From a virus (Duplodnaviria > Caudoviricetes): a DNA stretch of 25,901 nucleotides. A program made the position numbers and the translations under genes. Shown piece by piece: positions 18,594 to 25,854 of the stretch. Where the stretch lies: the IMG/VR virus record IMGVR_UViG_3300020431_000033, positions 1 through 25,901 of that record; one strand, 5' to 3'. Under the pieces are notes generated by a model. The model saw only the letters and a program-made list of their open reading frames with translations, had not been told where the DNA came from and did not search any database. Numbering within the stretch: the first letter of the stretch is position 1; each line of letters opens with the position of its first letter.

Positions 18594-18862
18594 TGGCAAG
18601 AACCTTATTGATGGGAACTCAAGAAGCTTGCACAGCAGCAACAGGAACTGCTAAAAGTTTCACTGAGGCAGCGGTTGTTAGACTGTTTAACAGCAATAGT
18701 TCTCCACAGTTAGTTACTGTTGTAGAAACACAAGGTGGATCAGTTGTTGGTACGTTTACTCTTCCAGCACTCACAGTAGAGTTTCTTGAGAAAAAACCCA
18801 CTCATTGTGTATTTGCTGCAAGTACTGATGTATTGGGTGCAAAAGTAGGATTTACTGGATAA
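18593..18862 (+). CDS. Small beta-rich head-module protein of unknown function
   Basis: 89 aa, TAATG-coupled, between portal and prohead protease; VVRLFN, VGTFTL and VEFLEK strand-like segments. Confidence 0.75.
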   Translation: MARTLLMGTQEACTAATGTAKSFTEAAVVRLFNSNSSPQLVTVVETQGGSVVGTFTLPALTVEFLEKKPTHCVFAASTDVLGAKVGFTG

Positions 18863-18866
18863 GAAA

Positions 18867-19517
18867 ATGAAACTAATCACAGAAGAAATCACTAAGGTAG
18901 AGATTATCACCGAAGGCAAAGGTGCCAATAAGAAGTTATACATTGAAGGTGTATTCCTGCAAGGTGATATCAAAAACCGTAACGGCAGAATGTATCCCAT
19001 GGATACTCTTGCCAAAGAGGTCGGTCGTTATAATGAATCTTTTGTGAAGAAAGGACGTGCTCTTGGTGAGCTCGGTCACCCTGATGGTCCTACCGTCAAT
19101 CTTGACCGTGTTTCACACAAGATCACCTCATTGGTTCAGGAAGGATCAAACTTTAAAGGTAAAGCACAGATTCTTTCAACACCAATGGGCAAGATTGCAT
19201 CATCACTTCTAGGTGAAGGTGTAATGCTTGGTGTTTCTTCTCGCGGTGTTGGGTCACTGAGAGAAGATAGAAACGGCATAAGAGTCGTTGGCGAAGATTT
19301 CCAGTTAGCAACTGCTGCTGATATCGTTGCCGATCCTTCTGCTCCTGACGCTTTCGTCAATGGAATTATGGAAGGTAAAGAGTGGGTATGGGAAGGAGGT
19401 AAACTCCGTGAACAACTCGCTGAAAAAACCCAAAAGAGAATCAACACTCTTGTTGACCAAAGAAGACTTGAGGAGCATAAGTTGAATTTATTCAACGACT
19501 TCCTATCAAATCTTTAA
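18867..19517 (+). CDS. g21: Prohead protease gp21
   Basis: MKLITE, YIEGVFLQG..KNRNGR.YP, GELGHP (catalytic His), GVSSRGVGSL (catalytic Ser), DIVADPSAPDAFV. Confidence 0.97.
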   Translation: MKLITEEITKVEIITEGKGANKKLYIEGVFLQGDIKNRNGRMYPMDTLAKEVGRYNESFVKKGRALGELGHPDGPTVNLDRVSHKITSLVQEGSNFKGKAQILSTPMGKIASSLLGEGVMLGVSSRGVGSLREDRNGIRVVGEDFQLATAADIVADPSAPDAFVNGIMEGKEWVWEGGKLREQLAEKTQKRINTLVDQRRLEEHKLNLFNDFLSNL

Positions 19518-19519
19518 TT

Positions 19520-19527
19520 TATAAATA
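19520..19527 (+). promoter_or_regulatory. Late promoter for g22-g23
   Basis: Exact TATAAATA, with a second overlapping ATAAATA (19525-19531). Confidence 0.85.
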
Positions 19528-19558
19528 AATATAGATTAATACAAATCTATAAACACAA

Positions 19559-20686
19559 ATGTCCGTTGGTAGCAATTTACAAGAAATGGAAAACGTAGTA
19601 ACCAAAGGAGCTGGGAAAGCTGATCCCATGCAAAAGATGGCTGGTGCTTCATATGAAGATCTCGGCGGTCCTACTCCAGAAAATTATAAGACCGACGATA
19701 ACTCGGCAAAACTCAATGTACCCGGTTCGACCCTCAAGCAGGTTAAGGACGTTGCCAACAGCAAGGCAGGTAAGGCTGATCCAGCCCCTAAGGGTATGAA
19801 GGAAGAGGAAGAAGTTGAAGGCGAAACTATCGCTGAAGACGAAGTAACCGAAACCGAAGCAACTGTAGAAGAGACAGTTACCGATGAGGAAACTGTTGAA
19901 GAGGAAACAACCGAAACCGAAGGTGAAGTTGTTGCCGAGCAAGAAGAAGTTGTTGAGTACGATCTGGAGCAAGACGTATCTGCTCTGCTCTCTGGCGAAG
20001 ACCTCTCTGAGGAATTCCAAGAGAAAGCACGTACCATTTTTGAAACTGCTATCAAAGCAAAAGTTGCTGAAGTTCAAGAAGAACTGAAGGCACAATATGA
20101 GTCGCAACTCACTGAAGAAGTTGCAACAATCAAGGAATCATTGACCGACAGACTCGATGGTTACCTTGAGTATGTCGCTGATGAATGGATGTCTGAGAAC
20201 CAACTCGCTGTTGAGGCTGGTCTTAAGGCAGACATGTCCGAGTCATTCCTCCAAGGAATGAAGGGACTTTTTGAAGAGCATTATGTAAACATCCCTGAAG
20301 AAAAATATGATGTACTCAATAGTATGGTAGAAAAACTTGATGAAATGGAAGATAAACTCAACGAGCAAATCGAAAGAAATATCGCTCTAAATCAGAGATT
20401 ATCCGAGTCCGTTGCTGACACCATCATCGCTGATGTCGCTGAAGGTTTAGCAATGTCACAGAAGGAGAAGCTCACTGCTCTTGCAGAGAATGTTGAGTTT
20501 GATGGTGAAGAGAGCTATCGTGAGAAACTGGTTACTCTGAGAGATTCATATTTCTCTGAGAACGCTGGTGCTCAAAGAGACACTTCAGAGACTATTTCTG
20601 AAGGTACTAGTTCCGAAGTTGCAGAGCAACCCTCTGGACTTATGGAAGCATATCTCCAGACTCTGAATAGAGTCTCGAAAAAGTGA
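19559..20686 (+). CDS. g22: Prohead core scaffold protein gp22
   Basis: Acidic, coiled-coil; LSEEFQEKARTIFETAI, DGYLEYVADEWM.EN.LAVE.G, SESFLQGMKGLFEEHYV; synteny. Confidence 0.95.
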   Translation: MSVGSNLQEMENVVTKGAGKADPMQKMAGASYEDLGGPTPENYKTDDNSAKLNVPGSTLKQVKDVANSKAGKADPAPKGMKEEEEVEGETIAEDEVTETEATVEETVTDEETVEEETTETEGEVVAEQEEVVEYDLEQDVSALLSGEDLSEEFQEKARTIFETAIKAKVAEVQEELKAQYESQLTEEVATIKESLTDRLDGYLEYVADEWMSENQLAVEAGLKADMSESFLQGMKGLFEEHYVNIPEEKYDVLNSMVEKLDEMEDKLNEQIERNIALNQRLSESVADTIIADVAEGLAMSQKEKLTALAENVEFDGEESYREKLVTLRDSYFSENAGAQRDTSETISEGTSSEVAEQPSGLMEAYLQTLNRVSKK

Positions 20687-20731
20687 TTTTTAAATCATAA
20701 ATCAAACTAAACTAAAAAGAGGAAAACTAAA

Positions 20732-22057
20732 ATGCAAGGGTTCAATGTAGAACACCTGCAGGAAAAGTGGAACCCCATCCTCAACCATGAAGGAATGGGC
20801 GACATCAAGGATAACCACCGTAAAATGGTTACCGCTGTCCTGCTGGAAAACCAAGAAAGAATGCTGAAGGAGGAGCGTGAGTTCCTGTCTGAAGCCCCCA
20901 CCAACGCAACTGGTGCTTCGATCGATAACTTCGATCCCGTTCTGATCTCCCTGATCAGACGCGCTATGCCTAACCTGGTCGCTTATGACCTCGCTGGTGT
21001 ACAACCCATGAACGGTCCTACTGGACTGATCTTCGCAATGCGCTCCCGCTATGCTTCCCAGACTGGCGACGAGGCACTCTTCGACGAAGCACAAACCGAC
21101 TTCTCCGCACAGAACGCTGCGAAGTCTCTGGCTAAGTCTGGTATTGCTAATACCGATCAAAGTGGTTCCGATCCTGGCGTCCTCAACGACGATCCCGCTG
21201 GTGATTACACCCTGACTGACGGTATGACCACCGCTCAGGCAGAAGATCTGGGCGACGGTGGCGGTCAGTTCGCTGAAATGGCGTTCTCGATCGAAAAGGT
21301 CACCGTTACTGCTAAGTCACGTGCTCTGAAAGCTGAGTATTCACTCGAGCTTGCTCAAGACTTGAAAGCAATCCACGGACTCAACGCTGAGGCTGAGTTG
21401 GCTAACATCCTGTCAACTGAAATCCTCGCTGAAATCAACCGTGAGATCATCAGAACCATCTATAAGTCTGCTGTCGCTGGCGCTCAAACCAACGTTGCTA
21501 ACGCTGGTCGCTTTGACCTCGACACCGACGCCAACGGTCGCTGGTCTGTTGAGAAGTTCAAAGGTCTGATCTTCCAAATCGAGCGCGATGCTAACGCTAT
21601 CGCACAAAAGACTCGTAGAGGAAAGGGCAACACCATCCTGTGCTCTGCTGACGTTGCTTCCGCACTGACCATGGCTGGTGTACTCGACTACACCCCCGCT
21701 CTGAACGCCAACCTGAACGTTGACGACACCGGCAACACCTTTGCTGGTACTCTCGCCGGTAAGTATAAGGTCTATATCGATCCTTATTCTGCCAACGTTT
21801 CCGCTGGTCAATACTACGTTGCCGGTTATAAGGGTACTTCACCTTATGACGCTGGTCTGTTCTATTGCCCTTATGTTCCCCTCCAGATGGTTCGCGCCGT
21901 TGGAGAGAACACCTTCCAGCCCAAGATCGGCTTCAAGACTCGTTACGGCGTTGTCGCTAACCCCTTCGCCCGTGGTGCTTCTGAAGCTTCCCCCGGCGTC
22001 GTTGCTGCCAACACCAACGAGTACTATCGTCGCGTACGTGTTAACAACCTCATGTGA
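20732..22057 (+). CDS. g23: Major capsid protein gp23
   Basis: LQEKWNPIL, AVLLENQE, DPVLISLIRR.MPNL.AYD.AGVQPM.GPTGLIFAMRSRY, SRALKAEYSLELAQDLKAIHGL, DAGLFYCPYVPL, FQPKIGFKTRYG; probable maturation site FLSE54/A55; GAGG SD upstream. Confidence 0.99.
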   Translation: MQGFNVEHLQEKWNPILNHEGMGDIKDNHRKMVTAVLLENQERMLKEEREFLSEAPTNATGASIDNFDPVLISLIRRAMPNLVAYDLAGVQPMNGPTGLIFAMRSRYASQTGDEALFDEAQTDFSAQNAAKSLAKSGIANTDQSGSDPGVLNDDPAGDYTLTDGMTTAQAEDLGDGGGQFAEMAFSIEKVTVTAKSRALKAEYSLELAQDLKAIHGLNAEAELANILSTEILAEINREIIRTIYKSAVAGAQTNVANAGRFDLDTDANGRWSVEKFKGLIFQIERDANAIAQKTRRGKGNTILCSADVASALTMAGVLDYTPALNANLNVDDTGNTFAGTLAGKYKVYIDPYSANVSAGQYYVAGYKGTSPYDAGLFYCPYVPLQMVRAVGENTFQPKIGFKTRYGVVANPFARGASEASPGVVAANTNEYYRRVRVNNLM

Positions 22058-22080
22058 TATCGAATCACAAGGTTCTACTG

Positions 22081-22105
22081 GGGGTGCTACGGCACCCCTT
22101 TTTTT
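22081..22105 (+). terminator. Rho-independent terminator after g23
   Basis: GGGGTGC-TACG-GCACCCC: a 7-bp stem with a C(UACG)G UNCG tetraloop, followed by T7. Confidence 0.92.
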
Positions 22106-22107
22106 AT

Positions 22108-22114
22108 CTAAATA
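22108..22114 (+). promoter_or_regulatory. Putative late promoter restarting transcription after the g23 terminator
   Basis: CTAAATA 2 nt after the T-tract and 19 nt before the ATG at 22134. Confidence 0.65.
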
Positions 22115-22133
22115 ACTAAAACGAGATATAACA

Positions 22134-22292
22134 ATGAAACCATCACCTAAGCAAACTATCTCTGCTAACAACTACTATGAGAGAGTAGTCGCTCACTTGG
22201 TCGAAGAAGGATATGCCGAGACTGAATCAGATGCTAGTAAAATTATCGAAGGAATGAGCGAATCGTGGTTTGACCTCATTATGGAAGAATGA
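22134..22292 (+). CDS. 52-aa acidic helical protein
   Basis: Hand translation: MKPSPKQTISANNYYERVVAHLVEEGYAETESDASKIIEGMSESWFDLIMEE*. Absent from the ORF track; its stop overlaps the next start (ATGATG). Confidence 0.75.
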   Translation: MKPSPKQTISANNYYERVVAHLVEEGYAETESDASKIIEGMSESWFDLIMEE

Positions 22293-22555
22293 TGAAATCC
22301 TTTGAATCATTCATCAACGAAGCAAAAGTAAAAAGATGCCCACCAGGCAAATATTATTGCTATACTGACAAGAAATGTAAAGCAATCCCCGGCGGTTATC
22401 ACGTAGGTCGGGGTGGATACCTTGCCAAGGATAACGATGACTCAGATTCTAACGGAGATGATGCAGCTAGCGATACCAAGTCTAATGGTAACGGTGGTAA
22501 TGGCAATGGGAGTAGCGGCAGTAATGGAGGCAACGGAGGCGGCAACGGAGGATAA
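22292..22555 (+). CDS. Small protein with CTS-like N-terminus, Cys cluster and Gly/Asn tail (candidate internal head protein)
   Basis: MKSFESFINE/AKVKRCPPGKYYCYTDKKCK...; start is 22289 or 22292; TAATG-coupled to g3. Confidence 0.75.
   Translation: MKSFESFINEAKVKRCPPGKYYCYTDKKCKAIPGGYHVGRGGYLAKDNDDSDSNGDDAASDTKSNGNGGNGNGSSGSNGGNGGGNGG
22484..22552 (+). repeat. Low-complexity Gly/Asn/Ser coding repeat
   Basis: NGNGGNGNGSSGSNGGNGGGNGG encoded by degenerate AAY-GGN repeats. Confidence 0.8.
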
Positions 22556-23103
22556 TGACAAACGCATTCGCTAATCAGATTCAGAATAGAAACTTTCTGT
22601 CTCCACTTGGATTTAGATTCTCTCTTGCAAAGATTCCAAAAGTAAATTTCTTTTGTAACTCTGCTAGGATTCCAGAGATTAATCTTGGAATAGCAGTACA
22701 ACCATCATATCTCAAAGATATTGATGTTCCTGGTGAGAAATTAACTTATGGTGATTTAACCATTAGATTCCTTGTTGATGAGAACATGGAAAACTATATG
22801 GCTGTTCATAACTGGTTAACTGGTCTTGGTTTTCCAGAAACCGCACAAGATTTTAAAGATTTAACTACTAATGCTGACGGTCAAAGAGATTTAGATGAAC
22901 AGTTTAGTGATGGTAATCTTTATATTTTAAATAGCAACTTTAGGTCTGTTGCTGCGGTAAAATTTGTAGATCTATTTCCAGTAGCTCTTACCTCACTTGA
23001 CTTTGACGCAACTGAACCTGATGTTCAGTACTTTACAGCAGAGGCAACTTTCAAGTATACTGTATATAATATTGTAGGAACTGATCTCAGAACACCCTTA
23101 TGA
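22555..23103 (+). CDS. g3: Tail tube terminator / tail completion protein gp3
   Basis: NRNFLSP.GFRF, VNFFCNSARIPEI.LG, PGEKLTYGDL.IRFLVDENMENY, FVDLFPV.L..LDFD; g23-g3-uvsY-uvsW order as in cyanomyophages. Confidence 0.9.
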   Translation: MTNAFANQIQNRNFLSPLGFRFSLAKIPKVNFFCNSARIPEINLGIAVQPSYLKDIDVPGEKLTYGDLTIRFLVDENMENYMAVHNWLTGLGFPETAQDFKDLTTNADGQRDLDEQFSDGNLYILNSNFRSVAAVKFVDLFPVALTSLDFDATEPDVQYFTAEATFKYTVYNIVGTDLRTPL

Positions 23104-23531
23104 ACCTTGAAAAAATTCAGGAGATGTGGCTGAAAGATTCAGTCATTGACCCTGATAATCTACATGATGAGTCATTAAAAATCCCTCAACTGCACTGCAA
23201 GTATTATACACTCTATAATACGATTACTTTGCTGCGTGAGAAAGCAAAAGATTCATATAACAAAATCAAACTAGAACGATACAACTATTATACCGGAAAG
23301 GCACCAGCAGAAGTTTATGTTGAAGACCCCTTCCCATATAAGGTAAGAGAGAAAGATGCTATACAGAGGCACATAGAAGCAGATGAGAAACTCAATGCTA
23401 TTGACCTCAAGGTAAAGTATTATGATGTTATGTTGAAGTTCTTAGAAGAAATAATTAGAAACGTTTCTAACAGAACTTTTCAGATAAAAAATGCTATTGA
23501 ATGGAACAAGTTCCAATCAGGGTTTAACTAA
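23100..23531 (+). CDS. uvsY: Recombination mediator UvsY
   Basis: DSVID..NL..ESLKIPQLH.KY, YY.GKA, ADEKL, R.FQIKNAIEW.KF..G. Confidence 0.92.
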   Translation: MNLEKIQEMWLKDSVIDPDNLHDESLKIPQLHCKYYTLYNTITLLREKAKDSYNKIKLERYNYYTGKAPAEVYVEDPFPYKVREKDAIQRHIEADEKLNAIDLKVKYYDVMLKFLEEIIRNVSNRTFQIKNAIEWNKFQSGFN

Positions 23532-23534
23532 ATA
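23528..23534 (+). promoter_or_regulatory. Putative late promoter overlapping the uvsY stop
   Basis: CTAAATA containing TAA 23529-23531. Confidence 0.55.
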
Positions 23535-23564
23535 ATAGTCAAACGGTATCACCACGGACTTTTT

Positions 23565-23807
23565 ATGTCTTCAAATTCCTTTTATGATGATTTTGATGGC
23601 GAAGAATATACCGGAGAAGAAGATTTTCTAATGCAGATCTTCATGGGAATAGATGAAATAAGAGTTCTCTATTCTCACGTCTGTTACGCTGTTGAGACTT
23701 GGCCAGGTTCACCAGCAAGACCACCAGAAGAACAAGAGTATCTTATGGGTCTAAAGCAAAGATTATTCGCGATGATCTGCGAATATCAGTTCTCAGGGAC
23801 CCAATAA
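23565..23807 (+). CDS. Hypothetical 80-aa protein (WPG...EQEYL motif)
   Basis: Fills the uvsY-uvsW gap; acidic N-terminus, then helix-WPGSPARPPEEQ-helix. Confidence 0.8.
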   Translation: MSSNSFYDDFDGEEYTGEEDFLMQIFMGIDEIRVLYSHVCYAVETWPGSPARPPEEQEYLMGLKQRLFAMICEYQFSGTQ

Positions 23808-23832
23808 ATATCCATAGGTGATTCTTATGGAT
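23804..23832 (+). promoter_or_regulatory. Late promoter plus start-occluding hairpin upstream of uvsW
   Basis: ATAAATA (23804-23810, containing the stop TAA), then ATCCATAGG-TGATT-CTTATGGAT (9 bp, one G-U) ending 1 nt before the uvsW ATG. Confidence 0.65.
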
Positions 23833-23833
23833 T

Positions 23834-25297
23834 ATGTCTCATTTGATAATATCAAAGAAAAACGAAGTTTATATACAAGTAAAGGCAGATCCCCACGTCT
23901 ACTATGAGTTAGCAGACCAGTTTACGTTTGAAGTACCTGGTGCTAAGTTCATGCCGCAATACCGTAGTAAGTATTGGGACGGTAAGATAAGATTGTTTAA
24001 TACCCAGACAGGTGAAATCTATGTCGGGTTGTTAGACAAGGTTATTCAGTTTTGCAAAGACCACGATTATACTTACGAGTTCGTAAATAATAAGTTCTAC
24101 GGCACTCCCTTTGAAGTCAATGAAGGTATATCAAAGGAAGGCGTCAAAGATTATATGAATGCTATTAGTAAGCATCGCCCACGCGATTACCAAGTAGAAG
24201 GTGTTTACGACGCTCTAAGACATAATAGAAGACTGTTGATATCCCCAACTGCTTCTGGTAAGTCTCTAATGATATATTCTGTTGTGAGATATTACGTTGA
24301 GCGAGGACAAAATACTCTGATAGTCGTTCCAACGACTTCCCTTGTAGAGCAGATGTATAAAGATTTTGAAGATTATGGTTGGGATGTTGGTTCATATTGC
24401 CACAAGATCTATGCAGGACGAGAAAGAGAGACTGATGCTCAGGTAATCATTACCACCTGGCAGTCCATCTACAAACTCCCCCGAAAATACTTCGCAAGAT
24501 TCAATGTGGTTGTTGGAGATGAAGCACACCAGTTCAAAAGTAAGTCATTAATATCTATAATGTCTAAACTTTGTGATGCTAAGTATCGTTTTGGTTTCAC
24601 TGGGACACTGGATGGGACACAGACTCACAAGTGGGTTCTTGAAGGATTGTTTGGACCATCATATAAAATCATTAACACTGATGAGTTGATGAAGAAAGGT
24701 CATCTGGCTAAACTGGATATCAAGATACTTCTACTGAAGCACCCATCACATAAGTTTGAGGTATTTGAGGATGAAGTACAGTATATCATCAATCACCAGA
24801 AACGTAACAACTTTATCAAGAATCTAACATTAGACTTGAAAGGTAATACTCTGGTATTGTTTAGTCGTGTTGAGGGACATGGAGAGCCGCTGTACGATTT
24901 AATAAATAAAAGTAAGATTGATAATCGTCATGTGTTTTTTGTTCATGGCGGTGTAGCAGTTGAAGATAGAGAAAAGGTTCGTGAGATTACCGAACAAGAG
25001 AGCAACGCAATAATCGTTGCATCCTATGGAACGTTCTCCACAGGTATTAACATTAAGAACTTACACAATGTTATTTTTGCTTCTCCATCAAAGTCAAGGA
25101 TTAGAAATCTTCAGTCAATTGGTAGAGTACTCAGAAAAGGAAACTCAAAAACAAAAGCAACTCTATATGATATCGCTGACGACATATCCTACAAATCCAG
25201 GAAAAATTATACACTTAACCATCTCATAGAAAGAATAAAAATCTATAATGAAGAAAACTTTAATTATGATATTGTAAGCGTACCTATTAGAGAATAA
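23834..25297 (+). CDS. uvsW: SF2 DNA helicase UvsW
   Basis: WDGKIRLF, RDYQ, Walker A SPTASGKS, DEAH, GFTGT, FSTGINIKNLH, motif VI QSIGRVLR. Confidence 0.97.
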   Translation: MSHLIISKKNEVYIQVKADPHVYYELADQFTFEVPGAKFMPQYRSKYWDGKIRLFNTQTGEIYVGLLDKVIQFCKDHDYTYEFVNNKFYGTPFEVNEGISKEGVKDYMNAISKHRPRDYQVEGVYDALRHNRRLLISPTASGKSLMIYSVVRYYVERGQNTLIVVPTTSLVEQMYKDFEDYGWDVGSYCHKIYAGRERETDAQVIITTWQSIYKLPRKYFARFNVVVGDEAHQFKSKSLISIMSKLCDAKYRFGFTGTLDGTQTHKWVLEGLFGPSYKIINTDELMKKGHLAKLDIKILLLKHPSHKFEVFEDEVQYIINHQKRNNFIKNLTLDLKGNTLVLFSRVEGHGEPLYDLINKSKIDNRHVFFVHGGVAVEDREKVREITEQESNAIIVASYGTFSTGINIKNLHNVIFASPSKSRIRNLQSIGRVLRKGNSKTKATLYDIADDISYKSRKNYTLNHLIERIKIYNEENFNYDIVSVPIRE

Positions 25298-25298
25298 T

Positions 25299-25742
25299 AT
25301 GTCTGAAGAATTCTATTGTATTTTAAAACTTGTATCAGGTGAAGAGATTCTATCACTAATCTCTGTTGATGAGAATGAAGATGATCCTATGATTATCTTA
25401 CAAAATCCAATCACTGTTAGATTGGTACATAATTATTCAGGTGCTCACATTAAAGTAAAACCTTGGATGGATTTATCTAATGATGATATCTTTATGATTC
25501 GTCTTGATAAGGTAATGACTATGAGTGAGACTACTGACGAAAAACTAATTCAGATATATAATGACTACATCAAGGAAGAGATGGAGGACGAAGAAGACTC
25601 CATTGATACTTACAAACCCTCTACCGATGAACTTGATGGTTCTGTTAAACCATCTTCTAAGATGGGATACTTATCAACGGTAGAAGAAGCAAGAGTGGCT
25701 CTAGAGGAACTTTATAAACTAGAAGATACTAAAGAAAGCTAG
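25299..25742 (+). CDS. Conserved hypothetical protein between uvsW and g55 (Sm-like beta fold suspected)
   Basis: ILKLVSGEEI, ILQNP, KPWM and KMGYLSTVEEAR..LE.LYK, as recalled for cyanomyophage genes at this position. Confidence 0.8.
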   Translation: MSEEFYCILKLVSGEEILSLISVDENEDDPMIILQNPITVRLVHNYSGAHIKVKPWMDLSNDDIFMIRLDKVMTMSETTDEKLIQIYNDYIKEEMEDEEDSIDTYKPSTDELDGSVKPSSKMGYLSTVEEARVALEELYKLEDTKES

Positions 25743-25770
25743 ATATCACCCTTGAACCTCCACAAAGGTT

Positions 25771-25799
25771 ATTGTACACATATATTGGAACCTTGTCAA
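25771..25799 (-). promoter_or_regulatory. Divergent sigma70-type promoter, antisense to the upstream ORF and uvsW
   Basis: The minus strand reads TTGACA (25799-25794), 17-nt spacer, TACAAT (25776-25771). Confidence 0.6.
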
Positions 25800-25821
25800 G
25801 CCCCTATCTGTGTGCTATAAT
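25793..25821 (+). promoter_or_regulatory. Sigma70-type (early/middle) promoter for g55
   Basis: TTGTCA, 17-nt spacer, TATAAT, with extended -10 TGc. Confidence 0.8.
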
Positions 25822-25854
25822 AAAAACAACTAATCAGTGGGTCAATGAATCATC

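Noticed and set aside
19846-19922. Direct repeat AACCGAAACCGAAG in g22
   Set aside because: It encodes TETE in the Glu/Thr-rich linker of the scaffold; ordinary low-complexity duplication, not a CRISPR or mobile-element repeat.
11951-22057. Introns, inteins or homing endonucleases in g17, g18, g20 or g23
   Set aside because: All reading frames are continuous with ordinary lengths; no intein termini or intact nuclease ORFs seen.
19649-22171. Cluster of long antisense and alternate-frame ORFs over g22-g23 (152, 123, 152, 132, 131, 110 aa)
   Set aside because: Explained by codon bias that removes reverse-strand stops; low-complexity translations with no supporting expression signals.
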